Origin: Torpedo marmorata
Taxonomy: Eukaryota
Reading direction: 5' to 3'
Assembly (NCBI GenBank): GCA_977017645.1
Contig: OZ360221.1
Location: 199,578,001 to 199,642,000 of the forward strand
Length of the DNA: 64,000 nucleotides
Of this stretch, positions 26,584 through 39,424 are shown piece after piece. A program made the translations under genes and the position numbers. The notes below the pieces were generated by a model. It saw only the letters and a list, made by a program, of their open reading frames with translations. It was not told the origin of the DNA and made no database searches. How positions within the stretch are numbered: position 1 is the first letter of the stretch; every line of letters begins with the position of its first letter.

Positions 26584-27372
26584 TTGACTTCAGGAAGGGA
26601 AAGCCAGAGGTATACAATCCAGTGATCATTGGAGGATCAGAGGTGGAGAGGGTGAGCAAATTTAAATTCTTGGGAGTCACTATCTCGGAGGATCTTTCCT
26701 GGACCCAACAGATTAATGGCATTGTGAAGAAAGCACGTCAGCGCCTCTACTTCCTCAGGAGTTTGCGGAGGTTTGGTATGACACAAGAAACCCTGGTAAA
26801 TTTCTATAGATGTGTGGTGGAAAGTGTGCTGACCGGCTGCATCACGGTCTGGTATGGGGACACCAATACCTCTGAGCATAAAGCCATCCAAAAGGTAGTG
26901 GACACAGCCCAGGACATCACAGGCAAAACCCTCCCCATCATCGAGAATATCTACAGGGAACGCTGCCGTCAGAGAGCAGCAGCAATCATCAAGGATCCAC
27001 ACCACACAGCACATGCTCTGTTCTCGCTGCTGCCATCAGGAAAGAGGTATAGATGCCACAAGACTCGCACCACTAGGTTCAGGAACAGCTGCTACCCCTC
27101 TACCATCAGAATCCTCAACAACAAACTCAATCAGGGACTCATTTTAAGACTCTTACTTGTGCACTTTATTGGTTTTTTTCTCCCTGTATTGCACAATCAG
27201 TTTGTTTACATTCATTATCTGTTTACATTTCTTTATTTGTTTACATGTATACACTGTGTACAGTTTTTTTTTGCACTACCAATAAGTGGTAATTCTGCCT
27301 CACCCGCAGAAAAAACAATCTCAGGGTTGTATGTGATGGCATGTATGTACTCTGACAATAAATCTGAAATCT
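26584..27372 (+). mobile_element. Rex1 3' fragment
   Basis: ORF 26622-27374 with KKARQRLYFLRSLRRFG and LPSGKRYR. (aaatctg)n tail. 6-bp TSD gaaatg at 26578-26583 and 27373-27378. Confidence 0.92.
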
Positions 27373-28029
27373 GAAATGAATGTAACAATGTACAGTGATG
27401 GAAATATATGCATATGAAACTCAGAGTGGGAAAAGACTTTGAATGGTTTTCCTTTTGTAAATGATTTATTGTGAATAAAGTCTATTTTGGTAAAAGGAAA
27501 GTAGATTTAACTCTGAGATGAGGAGGAACTGCTTCTCTCAGAGTAGTGAATCTAGAATTCTCTGCCCAAGGAAGCAGTAAAGGCTGCCTCATTAAATGCA
27601 TTTAAGACATGGGTAGATCTTTGAATAGTAGGGGAATTAAGGGTTATGAAGAATAGGTGGGTAAGTGGATCTGAGTCCACAGCCAGATCAGCCATGATCT
27701 TGAGACACACAGGAGACTGCAGATGCAGGAATCTGAAGCCAAACACTGGAGGAACTCAGCATCAGTGTGAGCAAAAAAAATGGATGACGTTTCGGGCTAA
27801 AACCCTTTACCGAGACTGGGGAAATGTGGGAGGAAAGCCATGATATTGAATGCCGGAGCAGACTCAAAGGGCCAGATGGCCAACTCCTGCGCCATATGTT
27901 CTAGTAGAGACTGCAGGTGCTGGAATCTAGATCAAAATCTGGAATCTGGAACAGAACACTGAAAGAATTCGGTGGGTAAAGCAGTATTTACAGAGGCAAA
28001 AGATATATGTTAACTTTTCCAGTCTCAAT

Positions 28030-30200
28030 GTGTCGCCATTCCTGATGCAGGGGACTGGTGTGGGTGTGTCAACAGTCCTGACACAGGGAAGTGATGTTGG
28101 GTCTCGGTGTGTCATCAGTCCTGACACAGGGGACTGATATAGGGTCTCGGTGTGTCATCAGTCCTGACACAGGGGACTGATATAGGGTCTCAGTGTGTCA
28201 TCAGTCCTGACACAGGGGACTGATATAGGGTCTCGGTGTGTCATCAGTCCTGACACAGGGGACTGATATAGGGTCTCAGTGTGTCATCAGTCCTGACACA
28301 GGGGACTGATATAGGGTCTCGGTGTGTCATCAGTCCTGACACAGGGGACTGATATAGGGTCTCAGTGTGTCAACAGTCCTGACACAGGGAAGTGATGTTG
28401 GGTCTCGGTGTGTCATCAGTCCTGACACAGGGGACTGGTATAGGGTCTCGGTGTGTCATCAGTCCTGACACAGGGGACTGATATAGGGTCTCAGTGTGTC
28501 ATCAGTCCTGACACAGGGGACTGATATAGGGTCTCGTTGTGTCATCAGTCCTGACACAGGGAAGTGATGTTGGGTCTCGTTGTGTCATCAGTCCTGACAC
28601 AGGGGACTGATATAGGGTCTCGTTGTGTCATCAGTCCTGATGCAGGGAGTGATGTTGGGTCTCAGTGTGTCATCAGTCCTGACACAGGGGACTGATATAG
28701 GGTCTCGTTGTGTCAACAGTCCTGACACAGGGAAGTGATGTTGGTCTCGGTGTGTCATCAGTCCTGACACAGGGAAGTGATGTTGGGTCTCGTTGTGTCA
28801 TCAGTCCTGACACAGGGGACTGATATAGGGTCTCGTTGTGTCATCAGTCCTGATGCAGGGAGTGATGTTGGGTCTCAGTGTGTCATCAGTCCTGACACAG
28901 GGAACTGATATAGGGTCTCAGTGTGTCATCAGTCCTGACACAGGGGACTGATATAGGGTCTCGGTGTGTCATCAGTCCTGACACAGGGGACTGGTATAGG
29001 GTCTCGGTGTGTCATCAGTCCTGACACAGGGGACTGATGTTGGGTCTCGGTGTGTCATCAGTCCTGACACCTGCGCCCACACCTCCCCCCTCACCACGGT
29101 CCAGGGCCCCAAACAGGCCTTCCAAGTGAAACTACACTTCACTTGTACATCCAGAGAACTTATTTACTGCATCCGGTGCTCCCTTTGTGGTTTTCTATAC
29201 ATTGGAGAGACCGGTCGTAGATTGGGAGACCGCTTTGCTGAGCACCTCCTCTCCGTCCACAACAACAGCGACCTCCCAGTAGCCAACCATTTCAATTCTT
29301 GGTCACACTCCCACACTCACATGTCTGTCCATGGCCTCATGTACTATCCCACCCAGACTACCCGCAAATTGGAGGAACAACATCTCATATTCCGTCTCGG
29401 CACTCTCCAGCCAGATGGCATTAACATTGACTTTTCTGCTTTCCACTAAACCTGCTTGTTGTTCCCTTCCCCTCCCCCCTCACCTGTCCTTCCTGTTTTT
29501 TTCCACCCACCCAGCCATCCCTCCTCCCCCTCTTTGCTGCTGTCCCCTCCCTCCTTTCTCCACCTATCATCTCCTGCCTTTGCCACCCCCCCCCCTTCCC
29601 CCCTCACTCCTTTGTTCGGACGCCTGCCGGCATTTTCTCATACTTTGATGAAGGGCTCAAGCCAGAAACGTCGGTTATGTATTTCTACCTTTGCTACATA
29701 AAAGACACTGTTTGACCTGCTGAGTTCTCCAGCTTTTGTGTTTTTTACTACATTATTACGGTGTCTACAGATTTTCGTGTTTACTTCACAGGGAGTGATG
29801 TTGGGTCTCAGTGTGTCATCAGTCCTGACACAGGGGACTGATGTAGGGTCTCGGTGTGTCATCAGCCCTGACACAGGGGACTGATGTTGGGTCTCGGTGT
29901 GTCATCAGTCCTGACACAGGGGAGTGATGTTGGGTCTCAGTGTGTCATCAGTCCTGACACAGGGGACTGATATAGGGTCTTCAGTGTGTCATCAGTCCTG
30001 ACACAGGGGACTGATATAGGGTCTCAGTGTGTCATCAGTCCTGACACAGGGGACTGATATAGGGTCTCAGTGTGTCATCAGTCCTGACACAGGGGAGTGA
30101 TGTTGGGTCTCGGTGTGTCATCAGTCTTGACACAGGGAAGTGATGTTGGGTCTCAGTGTGTCATCAGTCCTGATGCAGGGAGTGATGTTGGTGTGAAATC
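28030..30200. repeat. 43-bp minisatellite, about 33 copies in two blocks (28030-29070, 29788-30200)
   Basis: Unit gtgtgtcatcagtcctgacacaggggactgatatagggtctc(a/g); period 43 seen at 28141 and 28184. Variant gggaagtgatgttggg. Confidence 0.97.
29071..29787 (+). mobile_element. Penelope 3' fragment (GIY-YIG plus pseudo-LTR) inserted in the minisatellite
   Basis: HFTCTSRELIYCIRCSLCGFLYIGETGRRLGDRFAEH. ttgatgaagggctcaagccagaaacgtcgg at about 29645-29673. Confidence 0.92.
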
Positions 30201-31239
30201 AGTCCCATTGCAGGGGATTATTGTTGGATCTTGGTGTGATGACCTGGAGCTCAAGGCTGTAAATTGGCATCCCAAATCCTGATGTAGGAACTTGACATTA
30301 AACGTTGACATGCCTCTTGCCTTCATAGATGTTGCTTTACCCTCTATGTTCTTTCAGCCTCCTGTTTTTCTTTGCGCTATGCCATTGTCTGCTGTCACCA
30401 TGCATTACTGTTCTATATTTGGTGCGCAAGGCACATTGCATTTATCAATCACATAAGCAAATCCCATGTCACACTACTTGCAATGCAAGGCTGGTCTCCC
30501 TGCTGTAACTAGAATCTCGATTAGACACAGGATTACAAAAGGAACAATAGTGGTGAGTTTGACACCAGCCAGCTGGAGGATCAAATGTCCCCAGTTCTCT
30601 CTTAGAAAACTAGGTTACTTATTGCATTTGATTATCCTGAAACATATAATAGCGCCACTCTATTTATTAGGTCAGAGCACTGACTTGAAAACTTGCTGGG
30701 ATCCCTGCATTCTAAGTTTGATATTGGCTTTTGCCTCTTAACATTTATTCTGAAACAAATGTGAAACCCATGGGCGTAGGTGTTTCACTCGGACAATGGG
30801 TGGGAATGAGAGGAATCCGAGGGGGAAATGGAATTAGGTTCACACGCCAACTGAAACAATTGATTGTATTTCTTCACCCATAGATTTCCCAGTTATAATT
30901 AGCAACACAGCCAAGCAATCATCAGTTAATCGCCTACTGACTGACTGCCTGTCAGCGAATATTACATACAAATTGTTAAAGAGCTTTCAGTGTAATGCGC
31001 GAAGCTCAGATTCTAAACTCCTCTACCGTGCTGACTCCTTTGTGCATTTCCACCAAGCTCAGTTCACTCCCAGAACACCAAAAGACACAATAAATGTGTA
31101 AAAGACCGCAACTTGAAATTTTACTTGGGAAAACTGAGAACATTCCACCGACATTTAGACAACCCATAGTACACACGTTGTAAATTGTAATCAAATATTG
31201 CTTTCGTTAAAAAAAATGGGGGAGGGGGATGCAACAGCA

Positions 31240-31645
31240 TCCGGTTATGAACGAAGCGGTAAGTGATACAGTACAGGTGCAGTGGTGAACATGCACAGTG
31301 TGGTTCTTACCGGGATTCTGTGGATCATTTTGAAACCTTGCTTGCACCCCGGACAGTTCTCACGCTCTCCGTCTTCCCAGCAAGCCGACCGGGTGACTGA
31401 CAAGCGATCCGGGCGGCAGGCCCTCCTCATTCGCCAAGACTCTCTGTCTCCATGGCAGCGGGTGGCGTCCGTTACACTTGTGCGCACTCTGCCCCGGACA
31501 GAGCAGGGGCGCGCAGCGCTGCTCTAACAGGCGAGGCAATGCATGAGCAGTGATGGGTTCAGAGCCGCCGTTCCGTACCAACTGCCAAGCGAACCAAGGG
31601 ATTAACGATGGAGAACCACGCGTGGTTATTTGGCAACCCCGGATT
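31240..31645 (-). promoter_or_regulatory. CpG-rich unique segment; candidate promoter or first exon
   Basis: Local CpG enrichment. X-box-like gtctccatggcagc (31446-31459) and gttatttggcaac (31625-31637). Minus-strand donor CCG|gtaaga at 31311/31310. Confidence 0.45.
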
Positions 31646-31749
31646 GAGTCAAACCTGCAATAAAAGCAGAGAATGCAGGAAACACTCCAAATCAGACCGC
31701 ATCTGTAGAGAGAAGTAAGAGGTATGCTTGTCAGAGACCCCTCGCCAGA

Positions 31750-32935
31750 ACCAGTCATACAGCGTGGAAACAGGTCCTTCGGCCCAACTTGCCCACGCGG
31801 ACCAAAATTTCCAACTCGCACTCGTCATACCTGCCTACGTTTGGTCCATATTTCCACGAAACTCATTCTATTTATGTATCCATCCATTTTTTCCTTAAAT
31901 ATTGCAATTTCACCTGCCTCAACCACCTTTTCCAGCAGCCAGTTCCATCCTCTGTGTTAAAAAAAAAACCCAAGTTCCTGTTAAAACTCTCGCCCCTCTT
32001 CTTAAACCTATGCCCTCTCTCCTCTGGTTTCCTACTCTGGGCAAAAGACTGCCCGTTCACCCAATCACACCAGGATTTTGTATACCTCCATGAGATCACC
32101 CCTCATCCTCCTGATTTCTAAGGAATAAAGCCCTAGCCTGCTCATCCTCTCCCTCTAGCTCAGGCCCCTGCCGCCCCTGAGTCCTGGCAACATCCTCCTA
32201 AATCTTCTCTGCACCCTCTCCAGCTTGACAACATCTTTCTTGTAGCATGGTGACCAAGCTGAACACAATATTACAAACGGGGCCTGACCAACCTCTCATT
32301 CAACTGCAACATGACCTCCCAACTTCTGTACTCCTGAATGTGACTAATGAAGGCCAATGTGCCAAAAACCTTTTTGACAACCTTATCGACCTGTGATGCC
32401 ACTTTCAAGGTACTATGCACCTGTACTCCTAGATCCCTCTGCTCTACAACACTCCCCAGACCCCTGCCATTCTCTCTATAGGTCCTATTAATATTGGACT
32501 TCCCAAAATGCAACACCTTACATTTCTCTGTATTAAATTCCATCAACTTCTGCCCACCTGCCCAACCAATCAAGATCCTGCTGCAATCTTTGGCAACTGT
32601 CTTCACTATCTACAATACCAGACCAACAGCAATGGGCCCAGCACTGAACCCTGTGATACACCACTGGTCATAGGCCTTCAGTCCGAAAAACAACCTTCCA
32701 TCATCACCCTCTGCTTTCTTTCATGAAGCCAAGTTTCTATGCATTCAGCTATCTCTCCTTGGATTCCATGCGATCTAACCTTCCAGTGCAGCCTACCGTG
32801 CGGAACCTTATGGAATCCCTGGCTGAAATTCATATATGCAACGTCCTTAGCTACGCCCTTGTCAACCTTCTTGGTCACATCTTTAAAAAACTCAGTCAGA
32901 TATGTGAGACATGACCTCCCACTTACAAAACCAGT
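31750..32935 (-). mobile_element. CR1 LINE 3' part
   Basis: GRSCLT.L.EFF, KVPHGRL, MEFNTEKCKVLHFG and RDLGVQVH motifs; 3' tail at about 31755. Confidence 0.92.
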
Positions 32936-35900
32936 TTTAACACTTACTGTTTGCATGCCAGATACTAAGCTGCTTTTTTTTTTTAAATGTGCACAATGCA
33001 CCATGGATTCACAAAGGCATATAGATGTACAGTTGAATTATTCAGTCACAAATTTATAAGGTCACCAGTTTTAATTAGAAACATTCCTGGAGGTTTGATC
33101 ATCTGCACCACCGTTCAGCCAGTAGACCCACTGCCTTCTCACAGCTCCAGAGTCTCGTGTTCAATCCTGACCTTGGGTGTTGTCTATGTGGAGTTTGCAC
33201 ATTCTTCTGGGATCGTGCGAGTTTCCTCCCACATCCCAAGGCCCAGCAGTTCGGTAGGTTAACAAAGCACTGTAAATTGATTTGCAGAAGAATGGTGTAA
33301 TCTGGGGGGGGATTGATGGGAATGTGGGGAGAATTAAATGGTTTAGAGTGACATAGGTGTTAAAATGGGTGCATGACAAATGGTGTGGAAGTAGTGGGCA
33401 GAGGGCCTGTTTTTGTGCTGCATCTTCCTGGTGTAGGCAAGTGGCAAAGAATCAGAGCACAATTGGTGGGCATGGGAGAAAGGATACTTTGTGATGTTGC
33501 AAGGAAGTGGAAGAGGAAGAATGTGCCTAATTTGATCATTTTGTTGGGTGTTAGGATGGACTTGATGGGTTGAATGGCCTCCATTGGTCTTGTCATGAAT
33601 AAATATTCTTTGTAAAGTTTTCATGCCAGGTGTTACACAGGACATAGTCCAAGAGCAAGGAAGAGGGTAATCCAAGGTCAAAGATGGAATAGACTGAGGG
33701 AAAAGGAACTTTAATTCCAACAGTACTCATAGCATTGCACTTAAGTTGCATCAATAACCACACAGCTTCTGCTGATAATTAACGAGATCTCACTTGCTTT
33801 GAACATCTGGCAAAAATAAGTGAAAAAAAAACCCAATAAACAATCCTTTAACTGGCATATGCGCCCAAAAGTCACAACCGTCTTCTGCATTGCACAAGGT
33901 TCATTCATGCTCCCAAGTGAATGTTACCAACTCTCTCAACTTGCATTGCTCCGTCAACTCAATATTCAGTGGTGAGGCCCTTTGCGTTGTAATATGAGAG
34001 AGGCCAGAACAAGCCCTAGCCTCAGAACAACTGAAAGAAAATTATAGCCAGCTAAGCAGCATTGAATGTTCCTGAATACCCTTGACGTTCAGAAACATAA
34101 TGATCAAGCAATTAAAAATTATTAAAAACATAATTCACAACAAAAACACAAACTACTTTTAAACAATAAAAAATACTTGAATTCAATTAGTTCCAAAATT
34201 GTTAATTACTTCATATTCATTGTGTTTTCTCTGTGCTTGCTTGGTAAATCCAAACCTGCTGAGAATTGCATGGTAGAGTGAACTGCCAGCATTTCCTCAC
34301 ATGTTCCTATTAAATAAATCCTCGAGTAGTACATTCCAAATCAGTCTCGATGAAAGATTCTGACCCGAAATGTTGCCTATTGTTTTTCTCCCACTAATGC
34401 TGCTCAAACCGCTAAGTTCCTCCAGCAGGTGTTTTTTTTTGCTTCATATTCTAACATATGTAATGTCTTTGTTTCCCTCCCAAATCAGAACTTGCTACAT
34501 AAATAAATTCTAATTTCACTTCTGGTTCTTTTGACCTTTATTTTAAATCAATGTCTTATAGTTATCAATCTTTCAAAGAATTGAAACCATGTTTCCTGTT
34601 TTGGCCCATCAATATTTGAACATGCTCTTTCATCTCTACCCAGACCTTCCTTTCACTAAAAGGAATCATGCTAATTTCTATAGTGTCCATGCAGACCTGA
34701 AGTCGCTCATGACGGTACAATTCGAGTAAATTGATGCACCAAGAGTGCAGTTAGAGAAGCAAATAGGAAGGAAAATGTTGCGCAATTTCTAGGCAGTTGA
34801 TAGCCACCTGTCAGGGAAGCCTGGTGCATTTTGGGGAAATCACACCTGAAATGTGCCCAGTTTTGGCCATTTATCTACAAGGAAATAGTTCATTGCTAGT
34901 TCAAAGGTGGTTCAATTGATTGATTCCTGAGTTGAGGTTGTTGACCTTATCATAGAGTTTGAAATGGGTGTGGCTATATTCACTGCAATGTTGAAGGATG
35001 AGAAGCAGAGATCATTGAAGCAAACGTTTATGAGAGGACTTTACAAGGTAAATATTGAAAGATTTTTAAGCTTAGAGATGGAGTTTAGGACCATGAGGCA
35101 CAATGTTAGGATAAGGGGAAAAGCAATTTAGGATTGAGACAGGTTCATTCCTGATCGCCAATACTGTCTATGTGGAGTTTGCATGTTCTCCCTTTGATTG
35201 CGTGGTTTCCTCCAGGTGCTCCCATTTCCTTCCATATCCTAAAGATATGCTCTTTGGTGGGTTAATTAACCTCCTTCACTCTGGGGAATAATAACTCAGC
35301 CTGTCCAATCTCTATCTATAGCTCAACCCCTCAAGTTCCAGCCACATCCTGGTGAATCTCAATCTGGTAAACCTGTGCCCCCTCTAACTTATTGATATCC
35401 TTCCTATAGCTGGGTTACCAGAACTGCACATAGTACTCCAAGTGCAGACTCACCCATTCCAGTAGATGAAATGTACTCTGCTTTATCAGTCTGAAAGAAT
35501 CTTCCTTGGTCTTTCTACTGAGATTCCAATACATTTGTCCTCTTATTCCACATTCATTCACAAGTTCAATCCTGACCTCTGGACCTCTCTGTGTTCATGT
35601 TCTCCTTATGGCCACTTAAGTTTTCTCTGGCACTCTGGTTTAATTCCAAATGCCAAAGGTATGCAGGCTGGTAAGCTAATTGGCCACTGTACATTTCCCC
35701 TTGAGTGTAGGTGAATGGTACTGACAGGACTTAATGGAAATGTGGGGAGAATGAGTTGCAGGGGAAATTATATAGGGATGTAACTGCTCTGAGAGCTAGC
35801 ATAGTCCCCAAATGGTTGAAATTGCTTCCTATTGAAATAAAATGTATTGAAAGGGGGAGTGGTGGCACGGATTATAAACTGGTTTCATGATAGCAGAAAG

Positions 35901-37328
35901 TAGTGACGAATGGGCGATTTTGTACAGGTGGACCTCGCTTCTCCTTGCTCTGCCCTGTCCTTCTCAAGGGATGAGAAACATAGAGGTGCCAGTTTCAAGG
36001 TTTACAAAAGTGAGACAAACCTTTTTTTATATATATGGAATGCATTGCCAAGCAGGATGGTGGGCTAGATTCAACAGTAACTTTTCCAAGGGAATTGAAT
36101 CAGAATGGGAAAGGGAATGCTTGAGTGGGTGCTCCACATAGGTACTCCACAACATTTAAGAAATATCTGGATGAGATACTTGAATCAATGATGTATGAAG
36201 GCTACATTACATGGGACTCCTGTAAATAGGTGCAACACACAAATGAGTGGGGAATGGCGATGTTGCTGGAGCTGCTGTGAACCCGGGAGAGCAGAGATAC
36301 AGCGCTGCTCCGAAGGATTCAACCACCCGGTCCTATTACCGACCGTACAAGCTTTAAATGGCCTATTAAAAGATCCGAGGGTGTTTTATTTTAAAATCCT
36401 GCAGCCATGGTATCTGTGCCCAATATGGCGGCACCTCTGATCGCTAGTGGTCTCGATGGGTTGCAGACTCCAGGTGAGCAGCGGACCAGTGCAGGGCACC
36501 AGAAAAAGGGAGAAACCTCCCATTGAGAAGGAGAAGCAGAGGAGATGACCCTACAGGATGTTGACCACGGCAGCGAGGGTCTCAATGGTTGAGGGACACA
36601 CACTGGCTGCGGGCGACTTGCGGTCAGGGGACCCACACGGGCTGCGGGTTGCTGGAGACTGGCTTATGGGAACCAGGTATTGGAACTGGGATTCGAGAGG
36701 GTGCTGAGGGCAAGAAGGGCCACCGAAGGACCTCGGGTGCTGAAGGCTTCCTGATATTTGGATCTGGAGCTTGGGTTGCTGATGAATCGAACAGGGATTT
36801 GTGCAGCTGCAGAAGCAGCAGGAGCGCTGGAGGCGAATCCACAGACATGCAATGACTCTGAAGGGACTCTCTTTTGCTTATCTTTCTCTCTTACTGCAAG
36901 GGGCATTGGGTGACACTAATGGTGTCTCTTTATCTGCCTTACAGCAATTTCGTGTAATATTACATGTTCTATACCATTACATGACAATATGAATGACCTG
37001 GAGAAACTCAGCAGGTCAGGCAGCATCCATACAAAGTAAAGGGGGACCAATGTTTTGGGCCTTGTCCCTTCATCACGTTCAACCTCACCTGACAAGGAGC
37101 CCAGGCCCGGAACATTGGTTACCCTTCACTATCTATGGATGCTGAGTGACCTGCTGAGTTTCTCCAACACATTTGTATATTGCACTCGACCCCAGCGTCT
37201 GCAGACTTTCTTGTTTAACCAGTATTAATAAGTACTTGGCAGACAGCATGCACATGTTGGGTCAAAGGGCCTAACTCTGATTGGGGCTTTGACCTGAAAT
37301 GTGTGTGTTTTACAGCATGGAAACAGAC

Positions 37329-37811
37329 TGTAACGACTTCGATCCAATTAATAGTCACTTGGAGGCTAGGTGAGACAGTTGTTCGTGATGCGTTTCAATG
37401 AATTTACTACCAAGTCCAATAGGTTTAAAATGTTTATTAACACACGATGACTTGTAGCAATCTTCAATAACTTAACTATCTTCTTTAACAAAATATGAAC
37501 AATCTGCGATAACGAAGTATAAACGATCCGTGCTAACGGTCAACGAAAATTATGAGAGCCTCACTCACCCTGCAAAACGTTACACCATGTTGTATAATAC
37601 TTTTCCCGATTCGCACTCTGCCCCACCGCGCATGCTCCAGCCGGCACTCATATACACCTATGCACTGAGCATGCTCCAGCCGGCACTCGCGCACGCGCAG
37701 AGTAGTTAATAGGCCTAACACGGCCTACTAAATTCCGTGATGCCTCTGATGCCCGCGGGATCAACGGAACGTCGCCATGGAGGTAAGTAACGAGCCTATT
37801 TGGCTCCAACA
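37329..37811 (-). mobile_element. Solo LTR related to the BEL LTRs at 44554 and 49697
   Basis: Reverse complement reads TGTTGGAGCC...ggatcgaagtcgttaCA. Shares tctcac.tagcctcca.gtgacta with the BEL LTR. 5-bp TSD cagac at 37324-37328 and 37812-37816. Empty site cagaccat at about 52166. Confidence 0.93.
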
Positions 37812-37931
37812 CAGACCATTCAAACAAACTCACCCAAGCTGTCTACTTGAGGTAGTTCCATATCCCTCCAACCTTTTCCTATCCATGTACTCTTCTGCAT
37901 GTTTTATGAAGGTTAAATTGTGCCCACTTCC

Positions 37932-38282
37932 ATGTCTACAAGATTCTGAGAGGCATAGATAAGGTGGACAGCCAGTGCCTTTTTTCCAGGGCAGGAATAG
38001 CAAACACCAGGGGACATCTCTGCAAAGTGAAGGGAGGAAAGTTTAGGGGAGAGATCAAGGGTACGTTTTTTCACACAAAGAGCCGTGGTGCCTGGAATGC
38101 CTTGCCAGGGGTGGTGGTGGAGGCTGAAACATTAGGGGTATTTAAGAGACAGGCACATGGATGAAAGAAAAACAGAGGGTTATAAGGTAGGAAGAGTTTA
38201 GTAATTTTTAAATTTTTTTGGTAGGAATATATGGGCCAGCACATCGAGGTCCGAAGGGCCTGCTCTGTGCTGTAGAGTACTA
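37932..38282 (+). mobile_element. CR1 3' end
   Basis: TRGH..KVKGGKFRG and AWNALPGVVVEA motifs; absent from duplication copy B. Confidence 0.85.
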
Positions 38283-39424
38283 TGACCTCCTCTGGCAGTT
38301 TGTTCCACTTACTCACTCCCCTTTGTTGCCCCTACTCGCCCCCTTTATGCCTTGCTCTGCACTGCCTTGCCTTGCCCTGCCCTTCCTTTCTCGGGATGAG
38401 AACCAGAGGGGCCAGTTTCAAGGTTTACAAATGTGAGACAAAACTTTTTTTTATATTGAGGCAGTTGGCCGCTGGTATACATTGACAAGCAGGATGCTGG
38501 GCTAGATTCAACAGTATCCATATGGGAAAGGGAATGCTTGAGTGGGTGCTGGAGATAGATACTCTACAACATTTAAGAAAAATCTGATTGAGACACTTGA
38601 ATCAACGAGGGAAAGAAGGCAACATTAAATGGGACTCGTGTAAATATGTGCAACACACAAACGAGTGGGGAATAGCGATGTTGCCGGAGCAGCTGTAACG
38701 GTAGCGCTGCCCCTGGTGCGGATCCAGAAGAGTGGATACACAGCGTGGCTCTAAAGGTTTCAACTGCCCTGTCCTATTGCTGACGGCTCCGTACAGGTTT
38801 TAAACGGCCTGTTAAAGGAGCCAACAGTGTTTTATTTTAAAATTCTGCAGCCACGGGGTCTGTGCCCAAGATTGTGGTGCCTGTGCTTGGCAGCGGCCAC
38901 GAGGTGTTAGAGACTCCGGGTGAACAGTGGACTGGCACAGTGCACCAGAAACGGGGAGAAACACCACCCCCCCCCCCCCCACCATTGAGAAGGAGAAGCA
39001 GACAAGTTGACCCTACAGGATGCTGACCAGCGAGGGGCTCAGCGGCTGAGGGACCCACACAGGCTGCGGGCAACTTGCAGTCAGGGGACCTGCATGGGCT
39101 GTGGGCTGCTGGCTCATGGGAACCAGGTATCGAAACCGGGACTCAAGAGGTGCCTGCTCAGGGCAAGAAGGACTCCCACAGGGCCTCGGGCGCTGAAGGC
39201 TTCCTGATCCTGGAGGTTTGGATCTGGAGCTTGGGTTGCCAACGAATCCAACAGGAGTCTGTGCGGCTGCAGATACGGTGGGAGCACTGGAGGCAAATCC
39301 ACAAACTTTCAGTGACTCTGATAGGACTCTCTTTTGCTCCTCTTTTTCTTTTACTAGAAGGGGCACCAGGCAACACTAATGGCAACTCTTTGTCTGCCTT
39401 ATGGCAGGCAGAAGGCAATTTCGT

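Larger units (their letters stand above)
35940..38345 (+). repeat. Copy A of an old tandem segmental duplication (copy B is 38345-39424 plus 51815-52350)
   Basis: 35950-36950 aligns by eye with 38375-39424; 36975-37930 aligns with 51825-52300. Confidence 0.85.

Noticed and set aside
28030-30200. CRISPR-like array with palindromic repeats
   Set aside because: Units are contiguous with no unique spacers, there are no cas genes, and the context is eukaryotic.
31655-31685. Strong minus-strand splice acceptor (ttctctgcttttattgcag)
   Set aside because: It lies in a degenerate Penelope pseudo-LTR arm, so it is weak evidence for a real exon boundary.
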